A DNA stretch of 29,033 nt. It comes from a virus. Its lineage: Duplodnaviria; Caudoviricetes. The DNA lies in the IMG/VR virus record IMGVR_UViG_3300031965_000118, positions 1 to 29,033 of that record; one strand, 5' to 3'. Of this stretch, positions 15,039 through 24,222 are shown in pieces (within the stretch, counting starts at the first letter, position 1; each line of letters begins with the position of its first letter). Under the pieces are notes generated by a model, which was not told where the DNA came from, searched no databases, and saw only the letters and a list, made by a program, of their open reading frames with translations. A program made the position numbers and the translations under genes.

Positions 15039-16067
15039 ATGGGATTACAAACAACCGGATTACTAAATACAGTTACTCTTTCAGAGTTTACTGATTTAGT
15101 AGAGAAAGAATTCGCTCTCAATCAGGAAATGGTGACGACTGGCAACGCTCAAAGGCTCTTCATTCTTGACGACATCACCGATCATACGGGCAACACCCGC
15201 AGATACGATGAAGTGGATACCGAAACATTCGGCAGCCTGAAACGGGAAGGTGAAGACGCCGTGAAAGCGAATGTCGGGATTGGGTATTCCAAGACCCTGA
15301 CACTAAAGAGAATTGCCAAAGAAATCGTCATCACTTTCGAAATGAGACGATACAATAAAGCTCCGGAAGTAGCTTCACAAATAACTTCTCTGGTTCATTT
15401 CTGTCCACAAAGAACAGAATTAGACCTGACGCACATTTTAACTTTCGCGTCAGCAACCTCATATACTGACATGGACGGTGAAAGTGTTACGACAACGACT
15501 GGTGACGGACTGGCTCTTTTATCAGCAGTTCATACCCTATCGTTTTCAAGTTCCACTTACCGGAACAGAGTGAATGGTGACCCTGTCTTTTCACAGGGTG
15601 GGCTGGAAGCGGCTGAAGAATTAGCCGTCACTAATGTTTTGAGTAATTTTGGCGAGAGACGAGTTAAGCGATTTAACGCTATTATTTCAGGCGACGATCC
15701 AACGACAGTTCGGGCTATTAGGCAGGTTTTAGAAAGCACAGCTGATATTGATGCCGCGCATGAAGGCGTTAAAAATGTTTACAACAGAAAATACGAGCAT
15801 GTTATTCTGTCGTATTTGGCAACGACAGCCACAGGTGCGCATGATTCAGCTAAACGGCGCTACTGGTTCTTAGCGGCAATCGGTCAAGGCCAGATGGGCT
15901 GGCAGGCGTATTTTGCTGTCAATGAGTATCCGAATTTGAAAGCTCCGGCTCCGGGAAATAATGGCGAAGATATTCACAACGATAACTGGACATACGGTGT
16001 CCGGTGTGGGTATGGAATCGTTACATTGAGCGGGATCGGACTTATCGGATCACTCGCGGCCTCTTAA
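15039..16067 (+). CDS. Major capsid protein (HK97 fold, Mu gpT-like)
   Basis: 342 aa; SLKREGED, AKEIVITFEM, DGLALLSAVH, YWFL and C-terminal DNWTYGVRCGYG pattern; synteny. Confidence 0.8.
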   Translation: MGLQTTGLLNTVTLSEFTDLVEKEFALNQEMVTTGNAQRLFILDDITDHTGNTRRYDEVDTETFGSLKREGEDAVKANVGIGYSKTLTLKRIAKEIVITFEMRRYNKAPEVASQITSLVHFCPQRTELDLTHILTFASATSYTDMDGESVTTTTGDGLALLSAVHTLSFSSSTYRNRVNGDPVFSQGGLEAAEELAVTNVLSNFGERRVKRFNAIISGDDPTTVRAIRQVLESTADIDAAHEGVKNVYNRKYEHVILSYLATTATGAHDSAKRRYWFLAAIGQGQMGWQAYFAVNEYPNLKAPAPGNNGEDIHNDNWTYGVRCGYGIVTLSGIGLIGSLAAS

Positions 16068-16125
16068 ACAACTAATGTGAGCTATGTCATATAGGACGGT
16101 GGTGGGCTCACAAGGATAAACAACT

Positions 16126-17115
16126 ATGTATAACTTAAATTCGAATTACGGCAAAGCTATGGCGGCCGGCCTACACAGTCTCGTGCCGGCGTTTGGCCGG
16201 GTCTTCATTGTGACAGCGTCAGGTGACGCTGGCGAGGAGAGATTCGACAGACTACAGCAAATGTTCCGACCCGACCCCAAAGGTCAGGTGCGGTTTTATA
16301 CTTCACTGGAGACAGCTTACGATGACGCGACTTCTAACAATAACGATATTATTCTGTTAGACGGCGACGGCACGCATACTGTTGCCAGCGGGATTACCTG
16401 GTCAAAAAACCGGGTGAATGTTATGGGAATGGACGGTGGCGACAGACTTATTCAGCAAGGCGCCAAGATTCAGTTAGCCACTAACACAGTTGATACGACG
16501 GCGACAATTACAGTCAGCGGTATCAGAAACTCGTTTAGGAATTTGAAAATTATGAACAGCGGTACGCATGCCAATAGTGTAGCGGCGGTTATTGGCAATG
16601 GCGACGAAGGCACATTGTGGAAAAACTGTACATTCCAGAAACTGTCGGATCTAGGAGAGACAGCTGTCTCGGATTTTGAATGCCGGTCAGATTCCTCGAG
16701 TTTTATTGACTGCGAGTTTGGGTTCTCCACTCTAGTTATCACGGCGGCCAGACGATCGTTGTGGTTCAAGGCGAGTGGCGCGACCCGGGCCAAAGATTGC
16801 CGATGGAGAAACTGTCGGTTCGTGGTCTGTAGTTCGTCAGCTACCTATAACTTTATTGATGTGGACACAACCGCCTCTTTGGCGTTCAGCACGATTTTTG
16901 ACAACTGTATCTTTGAAGCGGTTTTAACAAGCACCGGATCAGCGATTACTAACGCCGTTCAGAGTGTTTCAGGATTAGTTGAAGGCCAGATGAGCTTCAT
17001 TAATCCGGCGGCGTTCCACTGCACCAATTTCTGCGATACTGTCACCGATCAGGTCCACATTATCGGCCCGGTGCCAACAGGAGCAACGACTGGACTAGCC
17101 GTTGTCGCTTCTTAA
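16126..17115 (+). CDS. Right-handed beta-helix (pectin-lyase-like) virion protein
   Basis: YTSLETAYD..DIILL..GTH cap followed by repeated F/W-x-N/D-C-x-F rungs. Confidence 0.7.
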   Translation: MYNLNSNYGKAMAAGLHSLVPAFGRVFIVTASGDAGEERFDRLQQMFRPDPKGQVRFYTSLETAYDDATSNNNDIILLDGDGTHTVASGITWSKNRVNVMGMDGGDRLIQQGAKIQLATNTVDTTATITVSGIRNSFRNLKIMNSGTHANSVAAVIGNGDEGTLWKNCTFQKLSDLGETAVSDFECRSDSSSFIDCEFGFSTLVITAARRSLWFKASGATRAKDCRWRNCRFVVCSSSATYNFIDVDTTASLAFSTIFDNCIFEAVLTSTGSAITNAVQSVSGLVEGQMSFINPAAFHCTNFCDTVTDQVHIIGPVPTGATTGLAVVAS

Positions 17116-17134
17116 TCCTTAATTTCTTTCCTTT

Positions 17135-17296
17135 ATGACCCAGATTGAAAAAATTCATATTAATTGCCAGAGATGTTTAACGACTGGAATTATTAAAGGC
17201 GAGTCAGCGAATGAGATACAGAACGAAGACGAACCTTGTCCGGTATGTCTTGGCGATGGATATTTACCATGGGGAGAATTAAGAAAAGGAAACTAA
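17135..17296 (+). CDS. Small DnaJ-type zinc-finger protein (53 aa, missed by ORF track)
   Basis: MTQIEKIHINCQRCLTTG...CPVCLGDGYLPWGELRKGN*; CxxCxxxG and CxxCxGxG. Confidence 0.6.
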   Translation: MTQIEKIHINCQRCLTTGIIKGESANEIQNEDEPCPVCLGDGYLPWGELRKGN

Positions 17297-17301
17297 AAAT
17301 T

Positions 17302-17526
17302 ATGCCTAGAAAAAAGAAAACAGAAGATGTCCCAGTGGAAGCTAAGGAAGTCAAAGCTCCGGCAGTAGAGCCGATTAAGCCCAAAACGCTTAAAAAGATT
17401 GGTGGCGTGGCCACAGTATCGGAAGCTCCAGTCACGATTAATGGCAAACAGTATATCAAAGTTTGGCTGGCTGACGGAACGACAACGATCCTTACGCTGG
17501 AAGAACACTTAAAATTATCCAATTAA
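17302..17526 (+). CDS. Small hypothetical protein
   Basis: 74 aa from ATG 17302 (MPRKKK...); the longer TTG start would overlap the zinc-finger ORF. Confidence 0.6.
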   Translation: MPRKKKTEDVPVEAKEVKAPAVEPIKPKTLKKIGGVATVSEAPVTINGKQYIKVWLADGTTTILTLEEHLKLSN

Positions 17527-17546
17527 TTAATTAATTAATTGGCTGA

Positions 17547-17609
17547 ATAGATTTTATTTGGGAGAGGCGGGGGTAACTGATTAGTTGCCTCTCCTAAAAT
17601 GGAATTTAT
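17547..17609 (+). terminator. Long intergenic hairpin (terminator or processing site)
   Basis: GGAGAGGC 17561-17568 pairs with GCCTCTCC 17587-17594, extended by G-U-rich arms. Confidence 0.4.
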
Positions 17610-17631
17610 CTTAACTTAATTAAAAAAAAAT

Positions 17632-18897
17632 ATGTTATTAAAACGACAATCTAACATAAGCGATTTTAGAGGAATGCCGGTTGACGATAAAAGTTATTCC
17701 TCTTCAATCCAAACGATTAGTAGCGAAACCGTCCAATTATATTTCTGGGACAGTGGCACAAGGACATCGGATGCGGGAGAAGCCGCGGGAACAGTCGTGG
17801 AAGGCGTCTTAGCTTACGATAATATTAAAAACGAATCCGGGGCGATGCAGGGAACTGAATTAGATACCTCGCTGTCATTCACCTCAACTGCCTTAATAAC
17901 GGAAGTGCCGTTTCCTTATGATCGGGCGGAAGCAGTTGATGAAGCGGCTGGAACGAATAGGGCGACCGTGATAACTGGTGGATTTTCTAATGGTGATTAC
18001 TGCGTGGATTACAGTAAGGGGATTATTTACGGGAAGAAAACCTCAACCACAACGACATTAGCCAGCACGAGTTATAAGATTAAACAGGGTCAGACGGGTG
18101 GAACAAGCACACTAGCGGCCGATGTTAATCTTATAGAAGTTGGTGGCAACGCAGTCACGGCCGGAGCCGGCACCGTGGCGGCTGGCACGCCACGGATGAC
18201 TTTAGCCTCGGATGATCCGGCGGTAGTGGCGTTACAAATAATAGACGACTGGGATGAAACAAACAGAGCTGCCGTGAATCTAATTGCTAGTCAGGTAGCA
18301 ATTACTGGCGGAGCGGGAGCAGTAGCGGCTAATACGCCCAGAATGACTTTAGCCTCGGATGATCCGGCGGTAGTGGCGTTACAAATAATAGACGACTGGG
18401 ATGAAACGGATAGGGCGGCGGTTAATTTAATCGTCGGACAGGCCGGAATAGCTGCCGGCACGGGAATAGATGGCGTAACGGTGCCGAGAGTGAGTTTAGT
18501 GACTGACGTGGCATTACCAGCTGGGACGAATGCTTTGGGAACAGTCGGGCTGGATGCCACGACTGACGCCGTAGGGTTTGATACATTATTTGATGCTGAC
18601 GGCGATAATACGGCTCAAGCGGCAAAAGCGAATCCTGGGGTGTTATACGGCTTGAATGTTTATAATTCAAATACGGCTGACGCGTTTATTCAGTTATTTG
18701 ATCTGGCGATAGGCAGTATTACTGTTGGAACGACGGTGCCAAAACAGAGTTTCTTCGTGCCGGCGGCGGGATCGTATGATATACGATTTGACGTGCCGAT
18801 GGCGTTTGGGACAGAGATAAATTATGCCTGCACGACTACAGCAACAGGGAATGGGGACCCAATCGTGGGGTTGGCTGTAAACATTATGTATAAATAA
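17632..18897 (+). CDS. Virion structural protein with internal 49-aa repeat
   Basis: Thr/Ala/Gly-rich; PRMTLASDDPAVVALQIIDDWDET occurs twice; C-terminal beta domain. Confidence 0.65.
   Translation: MLLKRQSNISDFRGMPVDDKSYSSSIQTISSETVQLYFWDSGTRTSDAGEAAGTVVEGVLAYDNIKNESGAMQGTELDTSLSFTSTALITEVPFPYDRAEAVDEAAGTNRATVITGGFSNGDYCVDYSKGIIYGKKTSTTTTLASTSYKIKQGQTGGTSTLAADVNLIEVGGNAVTAGAGTVAAGTPRMTLASDDPAVVALQIIDDWDETNRAAVNLIASQVAITGGAGAVAANTPRMTLASDDPAVVALQIIDDWDETDRAAVNLIVGQAGIAAGTGIDGVTVPRVSLVTDVALPAGTNALGTVGLDATTDAVGFDTLFDADGDNTAQAAKANPGVLYGLNVYNSNTADAFIQLFDLAIGSITVGTTVPKQSFFVPAAGSYDIRFDVPMAFGTEINYACTTTATGNGDPIVGLAVNIMYK
18196..18407 (+). repeat. Direct repeat, 65 bp identical, period 147 bp
   Basis: 18196-18260 equals 18343-18407. 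Confidence 0.9.
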
Positions 18898-18908
18898 AAT
18901 AATTAATT

Positions 18909-18933
18909 ATTCAAAACCCGTAGGGTTTTGAAT
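18909..18933. terminator. Perfect 11-bp hairpin before the fibre gene
   Basis: ATTCAAAACCC-gta-GGGTTTTGAAT, ending 8 nt before ATG 18942; no U-tract, so function uncertain. Confidence 0.35.
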
Positions 18934-18941
18934 TAACAAAT

Positions 18942-21275
18942 ATGCCTTACACAATACCCAGATTAAAGGTTCAGGAGGAAGACGGCGCGCCGGCAACATA
19001 TCCGGTTATCCTTAAGTTCCCGAACGGGACACTAACGGATAACGGTGACGGCTCAATCAGCCTGGCGACTGGCGCTGGAGGATTAAGTAATGTCGTTGAA
19101 GATACGACGCCACAGCTAGGCGGCGATCTTGACCTGAACGGATTCAATCTTGATTTTCCCACGACACCTAATATTAGTGATGTCATTGACGACGACACAA
19201 TGGCGACAGCGTCAGCGATAAAGCTGGCCACTTCGGAAAGCATCAAGGCGTATGTTGACGCGCAGATAGCGACAGTTAATACATTGGCTGAAATATTGGC
19301 AATTGGGAATCTCACGGGCGGAACAGATATACTCCATTATGACGCCGTAAATGACGGGAATCCTGAATTTAGAATTGGATCAAGTGATCTCGAAGAACTC
19401 CATGTTCAATCAGTTTTTGATCTTGGAGCGGCAACATTGAATTATGTTCTTTTCACCACGGATGTGGCGTCAGTCGCGGCCGATAAGGGATTATACAGAT
19501 TCAATGTTGATGGCGCGGATATTTTAGATATTGATGACGGCGGAATAAATTTAGCGGCCTCAATGGGCATCTCAATCGCCGGGACAGATATTATTACTGA
19601 CGCTATTGGGACAGCGACACTATCCAATATTGACGCGCTTGACGCGACAACGGAAGGAACAATTGAAGCGGCGATTGATACCTTGGCGAATTTAGTTAGC
19701 ATTCAGAGTTTAACAGTTACACTGGCCGATGCTGGAGCCAACGCTATCTTCGGCTGGGACGATGTCGCCGGAGCATACGAGAATTTAACACAGGCAGAGG
19801 TGCTGGCGATTATTGGAGATTCGTCAGACACAGCCAAAGGCGTCGTTGAACTGGCGACAACGGCTGAAACAGAAACAGGAACAGACGCCACGAGAGCCGT
19901 TACTCCAGACGGATTGCATGATATGACGACATTATTAGGCGCGGCATGGTTCTTAGATGAAGATACTATGGTATCCGATAGTGCTGTAAAAGTCGCTTCA
20001 CAGCAGAGTATTAAGGCGTATGTTGACGCGCAAGTTGCCGGAGCAGACACATTAGCGGAAGTATTAGCCAACGGTAACACCACTGGCGGGACAGATATAC
20101 TCCATTATGACGCTGTTAATGACGGCAATCCTGAATTTAGAATTGGATCAAGTGATCTCGAAGAACTCCATGTTCAATCAGTTTTTGATCTTGGAGCGGC
20201 AACATTGAATTATGTTCTTTTCACCACGGATGTGGCGTCAGTCGCGGCTGATAAGGGATTATACAGATTCAATGTTGATGGCGCGGATATTTTAGATATT
20301 GATGACGGCGGAATAAATTTAGCGGCCTCAATGGGCATCTCAATCGCCGGGACAGATATTATTACTGACGCTATTGGGACAGCGACACTATCCAATATTG
20401 ACGCGCTTGACGCGACAACGGAAGGAACAATTGAAGCGGCGATTGATACCTTGGCGAATTTAGTTAGCATTCAGAGTTTAACAGTTACACTGGCCGATGC
20501 TGGAGCCAACGCTATCTTCGGCTGGGACGATGTCGCCGGAGCATACGAGAATTTAACACAGGCAGAGGTGCTGGCGATTATTGGAGATTCGTCAGACACA
20601 GCCAAAGGCGTCGTTGAACTGGCGACAACGGCTGAAACAGAAACAGGAACAGACGCCACGAGAGCCGTTACTCCAGACGGATTGCATGATATGACGACAT
20701 TATTAGGCGCGGCATGGTTCTTAGATGAAGATACTATGGTATCCGATAGTGCTGTAAAAGTCGCTTCACAGCAGAGTATTAAGGCGTATGTTGATACGGA
20801 GGTTGCGGGGGTTGGAGGGGGGAATAAGACCATATTTTTACCTGCTCAATATACTAAGGCGGCACAAGAAAGCTTTGTCTTCGAACAGCCGTCTGTTAAT
20901 TTAGCGGATGGTGTAACTGAAAGGGCTGCGGCTAACTGGACGCTTCCTGACAATTTTACAAGCATTACTTCCGTTGAAGCTTATTGGACGACAGGAAGTG
21001 CAACTGGTCCTGCTGTATTTGAGTTTAAATCGAGAGCTGTAGCATCGGGAGAAAACCTTGGTGCGGGAGGAAGTGCGGACAGTATTGCTTCAACAACCTA
21101 TGCTAATGGCGGGACAAATCTCTTAAATATTATCAATGTAACTGCTATGTCTGACGGTTTAACATTGACTGCTGGTGACTTGGTAAGTTTTATGTGTATT
21201 CGTTCAGGGGGTGATGCCAGTGATGATATAAGTGGGGTTGTTTCTTTCCTTGGATTTAGAATAGTTTATAGCTAA
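18942..21275 (+). CDS. Phage fibre protein with tandemly duplicated 256-aa module
   Basis: DTTPQLGGDLD, three SIKAYVD motifs, two KGVVELATTAET..GTDATRAVTP tail-fibre repeats. Confidence 0.75.
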   Translation: MPYTIPRLKVQEEDGAPATYPVILKFPNGTLTDNGDGSISLATGAGGLSNVVEDTTPQLGGDLDLNGFNLDFPTTPNISDVIDDDTMATASAIKLATSESIKAYVDAQIATVNTLAEILAIGNLTGGTDILHYDAVNDGNPEFRIGSSDLEELHVQSVFDLGAATLNYVLFTTDVASVAADKGLYRFNVDGADILDIDDGGINLAASMGISIAGTDIITDAIGTATLSNIDALDATTEGTIEAAIDTLANLVSIQSLTVTLADAGANAIFGWDDVAGAYENLTQAEVLAIIGDSSDTAKGVVELATTAETETGTDATRAVTPDGLHDMTTLLGAAWFLDEDTMVSDSAVKVASQQSIKAYVDAQVAGADTLAEVLANGNTTGGTDILHYDAVNDGNPEFRIGSSDLEELHVQSVFDLGAATLNYVLFTTDVASVAADKGLYRFNVDGADILDIDDGGINLAASMGISIAGTDIITDAIGTATLSNIDALDATTEGTIEAAIDTLANLVSIQSLTVTLADAGANAIFGWDDVAGAYENLTQAEVLAIIGDSSDTAKGVVELATTAETETGTDATRAVTPDGLHDMTTLLGAAWFLDEDTMVSDSAVKVASQQSIKAYVDTEVAGVGGGNKTIFLPAQYTKAAQESFVFEQPSVNLADGVTERAAANWTLPDNFTSITSVEAYWTTGSATGPAVFEFKSRAVASGENLGAGGSADSIASTTYANGGTNLLNIINVTAMSDGLTLTAGDLVSFMCIRSGGDASDDISGVVSFLGFRIVYS
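19323..20794 (+). repeat. Near-identical tandem duplication, period 768 bp
   Basis: 19323-20026 vs 20091-20794; four synonymous differences found by eye. Confidence 0.95.
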
Positions 21276-21290
21276 TAACTAAACAATTTT

Positions 21291-21578
21291 ATGTCCGACT
21301 TAAATCATCAAGACAAACTGTTATTAGAAAAAATAAACAATCTGCAAGAGACTGTCTCCAAAGGATTTGCCGGCGTGCATGCCCGGCAGGATAAGACTAA
21401 CGGCTATATTGATCGGCATTCAAGTGAGATTCGGTTACTGGAGATTTCTGATGAGAAATTGAGGGGATCGCTCAAAGAGATGAAGGTATCCAAACGATAC
21501 ACCTGGCTTTACAGCGCTATTTTAGGAATACTATTAAGCGTTATCGGCATCTTGGTCGGGATGCTACTTAAAAATTAA
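21291..21578 (+). CDS. Coiled-coil protein with C-terminal TM helix (holin/XhlA-like)
   Basis: ARQDKTNG coiled coil followed by hydrophobic WLYSAILGILLSVIGILVGMLL. Confidence 0.55.
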   Translation: MSDLNHQDKLLLEKINNLQETVSKGFAGVHARQDKTNGYIDRHSSEIRLLEISDEKLRGSLKEMKVSKRYTWLYSAILGILLSVIGILVGMLLKN

Positions 21579-21588
21579 CTCACAATAT

Positions 21589-21819
21589 ATGACAAATTTT
21601 AAAGTGGTTTTGTTATCTATGCTGAAGGACTCTAAGCCGGTTATTCTGCATACGTTGGAAGTTTTAATTATCGCTTTAGCGGTTTGGGGGATATTCAAGT
21701 TATTCGCTGTTGATTCCGGCAAAGTTGATGAAATTGTGACGGTTTTGATTATCGCGTTAGTTAAAGCGGCCCGATCGCTTGATTTCGTTCCGATTAACGA
21801 TTATGTCAACGAAAAATAA
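21589..21819 (+). CDS. Putative holin (two TM segments)
   Basis: 76 aa, two hydrophobic stretches, charged C-terminus. Confidence 0.5.
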   Translation: MTNFKVVLLSMLKDSKPVILHTLEVLIIALAVWGIFKLFAVDSGKVDEIVTVLIIALVKAARSLDFVPINDYVNEK

Positions 21820-21830
21820 GTATTAGGCTT

Positions 21831-21902
21831 ATGACGTTATTTTTGGCGGGATTTATTCTGGGGTATTATTTTAAGCGAATATTGTTATGGCTAAAACAAT
21901 AA
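21831..21902 (+). CDS. Possible 23-aa single-TM peptide
   Basis: MTLFLAGFILGYYFKRILLWLKQ*; T-ATG start, overlaps the protease start. Confidence 0.3.
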   Translation: MTLFLAGFILGYYFKRILLWLKQ

Positions 21903-22837
21903 AATTCAAAAATCACGGATTGCGGATAGAAGAAAGGCACGATCCTCGTGACTGGGTATTTGGTGGATATACGGGGATTGAGACTAGGATCAGGGTGCCG
22001 GACGGACAATGGGGCCAATACTTGCCGGTATTTGAACGGCAATCTAATCCGGGATTCGATACTTTTTCGTGTGTTTCATATTCTCTCCTGAACTGCGTGG
22101 AGATACTAATTAAGTGGGAGGCTGGGGTGGAACATAATTTCTCCGACCGATACCTGGCCACTAAAAGCGGAACTATTTGTGGTCGGGGGAACTGGATGAC
22201 GATTGTCGTTAATACTCTTTTAGAACACGGCGTGCCATTAGAGGCGTATTATCCGTTTTCCAAAGATGTAAAAACTTGTGAGGAATACTTTCAGTTCTTA
22301 ACACTTGAGCTTGATGCTCTAGCTGAGGATTTCACTGACAGATACAAATTACAATGGGAATGGTTATCGTTGCCTTTAAATGGACAAGCCACCTCGGCTC
22401 ATTTAAGAGGCCGGATGAAAGAGGCCCTAACGCAATCACCATTGCAGGCGGTTATTAATAATCAGACGCATGTCGTTACGGTTTATGGATATATTGATAA
22501 CGAGAAATGGTTTGTGTTTGATCAATATAAACCGGGAGTAACTGAGGTACCGTGGGAGTATGAATTTGGAGGGATAATGAAATTTAATTTAAAAGGAGAA
22601 GAACCTATGCCAATTATACAGATAGACAACAACACCCTCGTTCAATTAGTTGAGGGAGGGGGTGGGTTTGGGCTGGTGCTGGATAATAAGATAATTATTG
22701 ATGATTTGGATAAGATATTATCAAGTTTTATCGTCAGGAATAATGGTAAAATTGAGGGAAAAGTCAGAGCGTTACCGAAAGACACCTGGGATTCATTCCC
22801 AAAAATCAATCTTAAATTTGAGCCGGTTAATAATTAA
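21887..22837 (+). CDS. Papain-like (C1 family) cysteine peptidase, candidate lysin
   Basis: RQ...FSCVSYS (oxyanion Gln and catalytic Cys), NFSDRYLA..SGT..RGN, HVVTVYGY (His), WFVFDQY (Asp). Confidence 0.75.
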   Translation: MAKTIKFKNHGLRIEERHDPRDWVFGGYTGIETRIRVPDGQWGQYLPVFERQSNPGFDTFSCVSYSLLNCVEILIKWEAGVEHNFSDRYLATKSGTICGRGNWMTIVVNTLLEHGVPLEAYYPFSKDVKTCEEYFQFLTLELDALAEDFTDRYKLQWEWLSLPLNGQATSAHLRGRMKEALTQSPLQAVINNQTHVVTVYGYIDNEKWFVFDQYKPGVTEVPWEYEFGGIMKFNLKGEEPMPIIQIDNNTLVQLVEGGGGFGLVLDNKIIIDDLDKILSSFIVRNNGKIEGKVRALPKDTWDSFPKINLKFEPVNN

Positions 22838-22841
22838 AAAT

Positions 22842-22982
22842 ATGCCATTAACAAAAAAAGGGATTAAAATAAAAAAGGCGATGGTAAAGTCGTATGGCAA
22901 GAAACGAGGCGCGAGTGTCTTTTATGCCAGTGAACGGAAAGGAACGATTAAAGGAGTTGCTAAGAAGAGGAAGAAGTATTAA
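22842..22982 (+). CDS. Small basic protein (46 aa)
   Basis: MPLTKKGIKIKKAMVKSYGKKRGASVFYASERKGTIKGVAKKRKKY; ATG 22842 preferred. Confidence 0.7.
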   Translation: MPLTKKGIKIKKAMVKSYGKKRGASVFYASERKGTIKGVAKKRKKY

Positions 22983-22994
22983 TTTAAAATCTGT

Positions 22995-24218
22995 ATGGCC
23001 TTAACCGAAACAAAACTAATTGACCGGATCAATCGCCGGATACATAACGCTAAAGGCAAACTTGGCGGTGATACTGAAATGCGAAATATCCTCAATGACG
23101 CTTTGCGGTTCGTTCGGCTTGATATTGATTTGCCCGGTGCTAAACGGGTTGGGTCAAGTTTCCTAATCTTTGATGATGTTTTTGAGTATCCACTTCCTAG
23201 TGATATTGATTACGATAAGACTATTCAGATATTGCCAGAAGAAGAATCATTTAAAAACCAAATCTGGGAACGAGTGGCCTTAAAATATTTTCACACACTC
23301 CAAAACCCTATCTCGCCGGAATACGCCGAGAATAACTGGATACTGAATTCCTCAATGGACAGAACGGTCGAGGAGAACCGTAACCGGTTCGCGATTGATT
23401 TTGAGGACAGCGTGCCGTATATGTTATTGCGGAGCAATATCGGTGATCAGGGAAGCGCTCAAATCGCGTCCACCACCACGCCCACGGATGACGGAACTTG
23501 GACTGCCGGAGACGACGCCACTAATGTCAGAACCGATACTCAAACATTTAAGACCAACTCGTCCTGTGTAGCGTTTGATTCAGCCGGAGTGGCCACGGAT
23601 GTTAGTATCAGCAACAGTACCTTTACGGCAGTTGATTTATCCAGCTATGAGGATTTAGGGGTTTTATTCGTCTGGGTATTTTTACCCTCAACATTACCGA
23701 CAACGGTTACTTTATATTGGGGCAGTAGTGACGCGGCGTATTGGTCAAAAGCTGAAACTACCCGGCAGAACGGATTATCGTTTAAGGCTGGCTGGAATCT
23801 ACTTAGTTTTAACTGGGCTGAAGCGACAGAGACCGGCGCGCCTGATGACGAAAACATTGATTACTTAAAACTGACACTGACGAATTCAGCGGCAACGGCG
23901 TTGACTGAATATAGAATAGATAAAATCTACGCCCGATTAGGCCGGGAAATTATCTTAAAACATTACTCAAAATTTCTGGTGAAAAGCACTACTGGAACAC
24001 GGAAAGAGGAGTTTACCGCCAGTAGTGACACGACTATTTTGGAAGGACAAGAAGTTGACCTGATTATTGATAAGGGAGCGGAGATAGCGTCGGGGAATTT
24101 GAGGGAGTTAAAAGAATTAGGCAATCATCAGAATAATTATAATTATAAAAAGCAATTACTGGAGAGTAAGTTTCCAAGTGAGACGGATATTGAATCAATG
24201 ACATATTATAGAATGTAG
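22995..24218 (+). CDS. Head-tail adaptor-like protein with inserted beta-sandwich domain
   Basis: Helical N-terminus ..ILNDAL...EYPLPSD; central GWNLLSFNW...IDYLKL domain; synteny before the nozzle. Confidence 0.55.
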   Translation: MALTETKLIDRINRRIHNAKGKLGGDTEMRNILNDALRFVRLDIDLPGAKRVGSSFLIFDDVFEYPLPSDIDYDKTIQILPEEESFKNQIWERVALKYFHTLQNPISPEYAENNWILNSSMDRTVEENRNRFAIDFEDSVPYMLLRSNIGDQGSAQIASTTTPTDDGTWTAGDDATNVRTDTQTFKTNSSCVAFDSAGVATDVSISNSTFTAVDLSSYEDLGVLFVWVFLPSTLPTTVTLYWGSSDAAYWSKAETTRQNGLSFKAGWNLLSFNWAEATETGAPDDENIDYLKLTLTNSAATALTEYRIDKIYARLGREIILKHYSKFLVKSTTGTRKEEFTASSDTTILEGQEVDLIIDKGAEIASGNLRELKELGNHQNNYNYKKQLLESKFPSETDIESMTYYRM

Positions 24219-24222
24219 CTTT

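Noticed and set aside
19323-20794. Duplication as a DGR template/variable repeat pair
   Set aside because: Both copies are in frame in one gene, differences are synonymous and not adenine-specific, and no reverse transcriptase is present
18971-20833. Repeated minus-strand ORFs within the fibre gene
   Set aside because: Antisense shadows of an Ala/Thr/Asp-rich gene; they repeat only because the sense gene is duplicated
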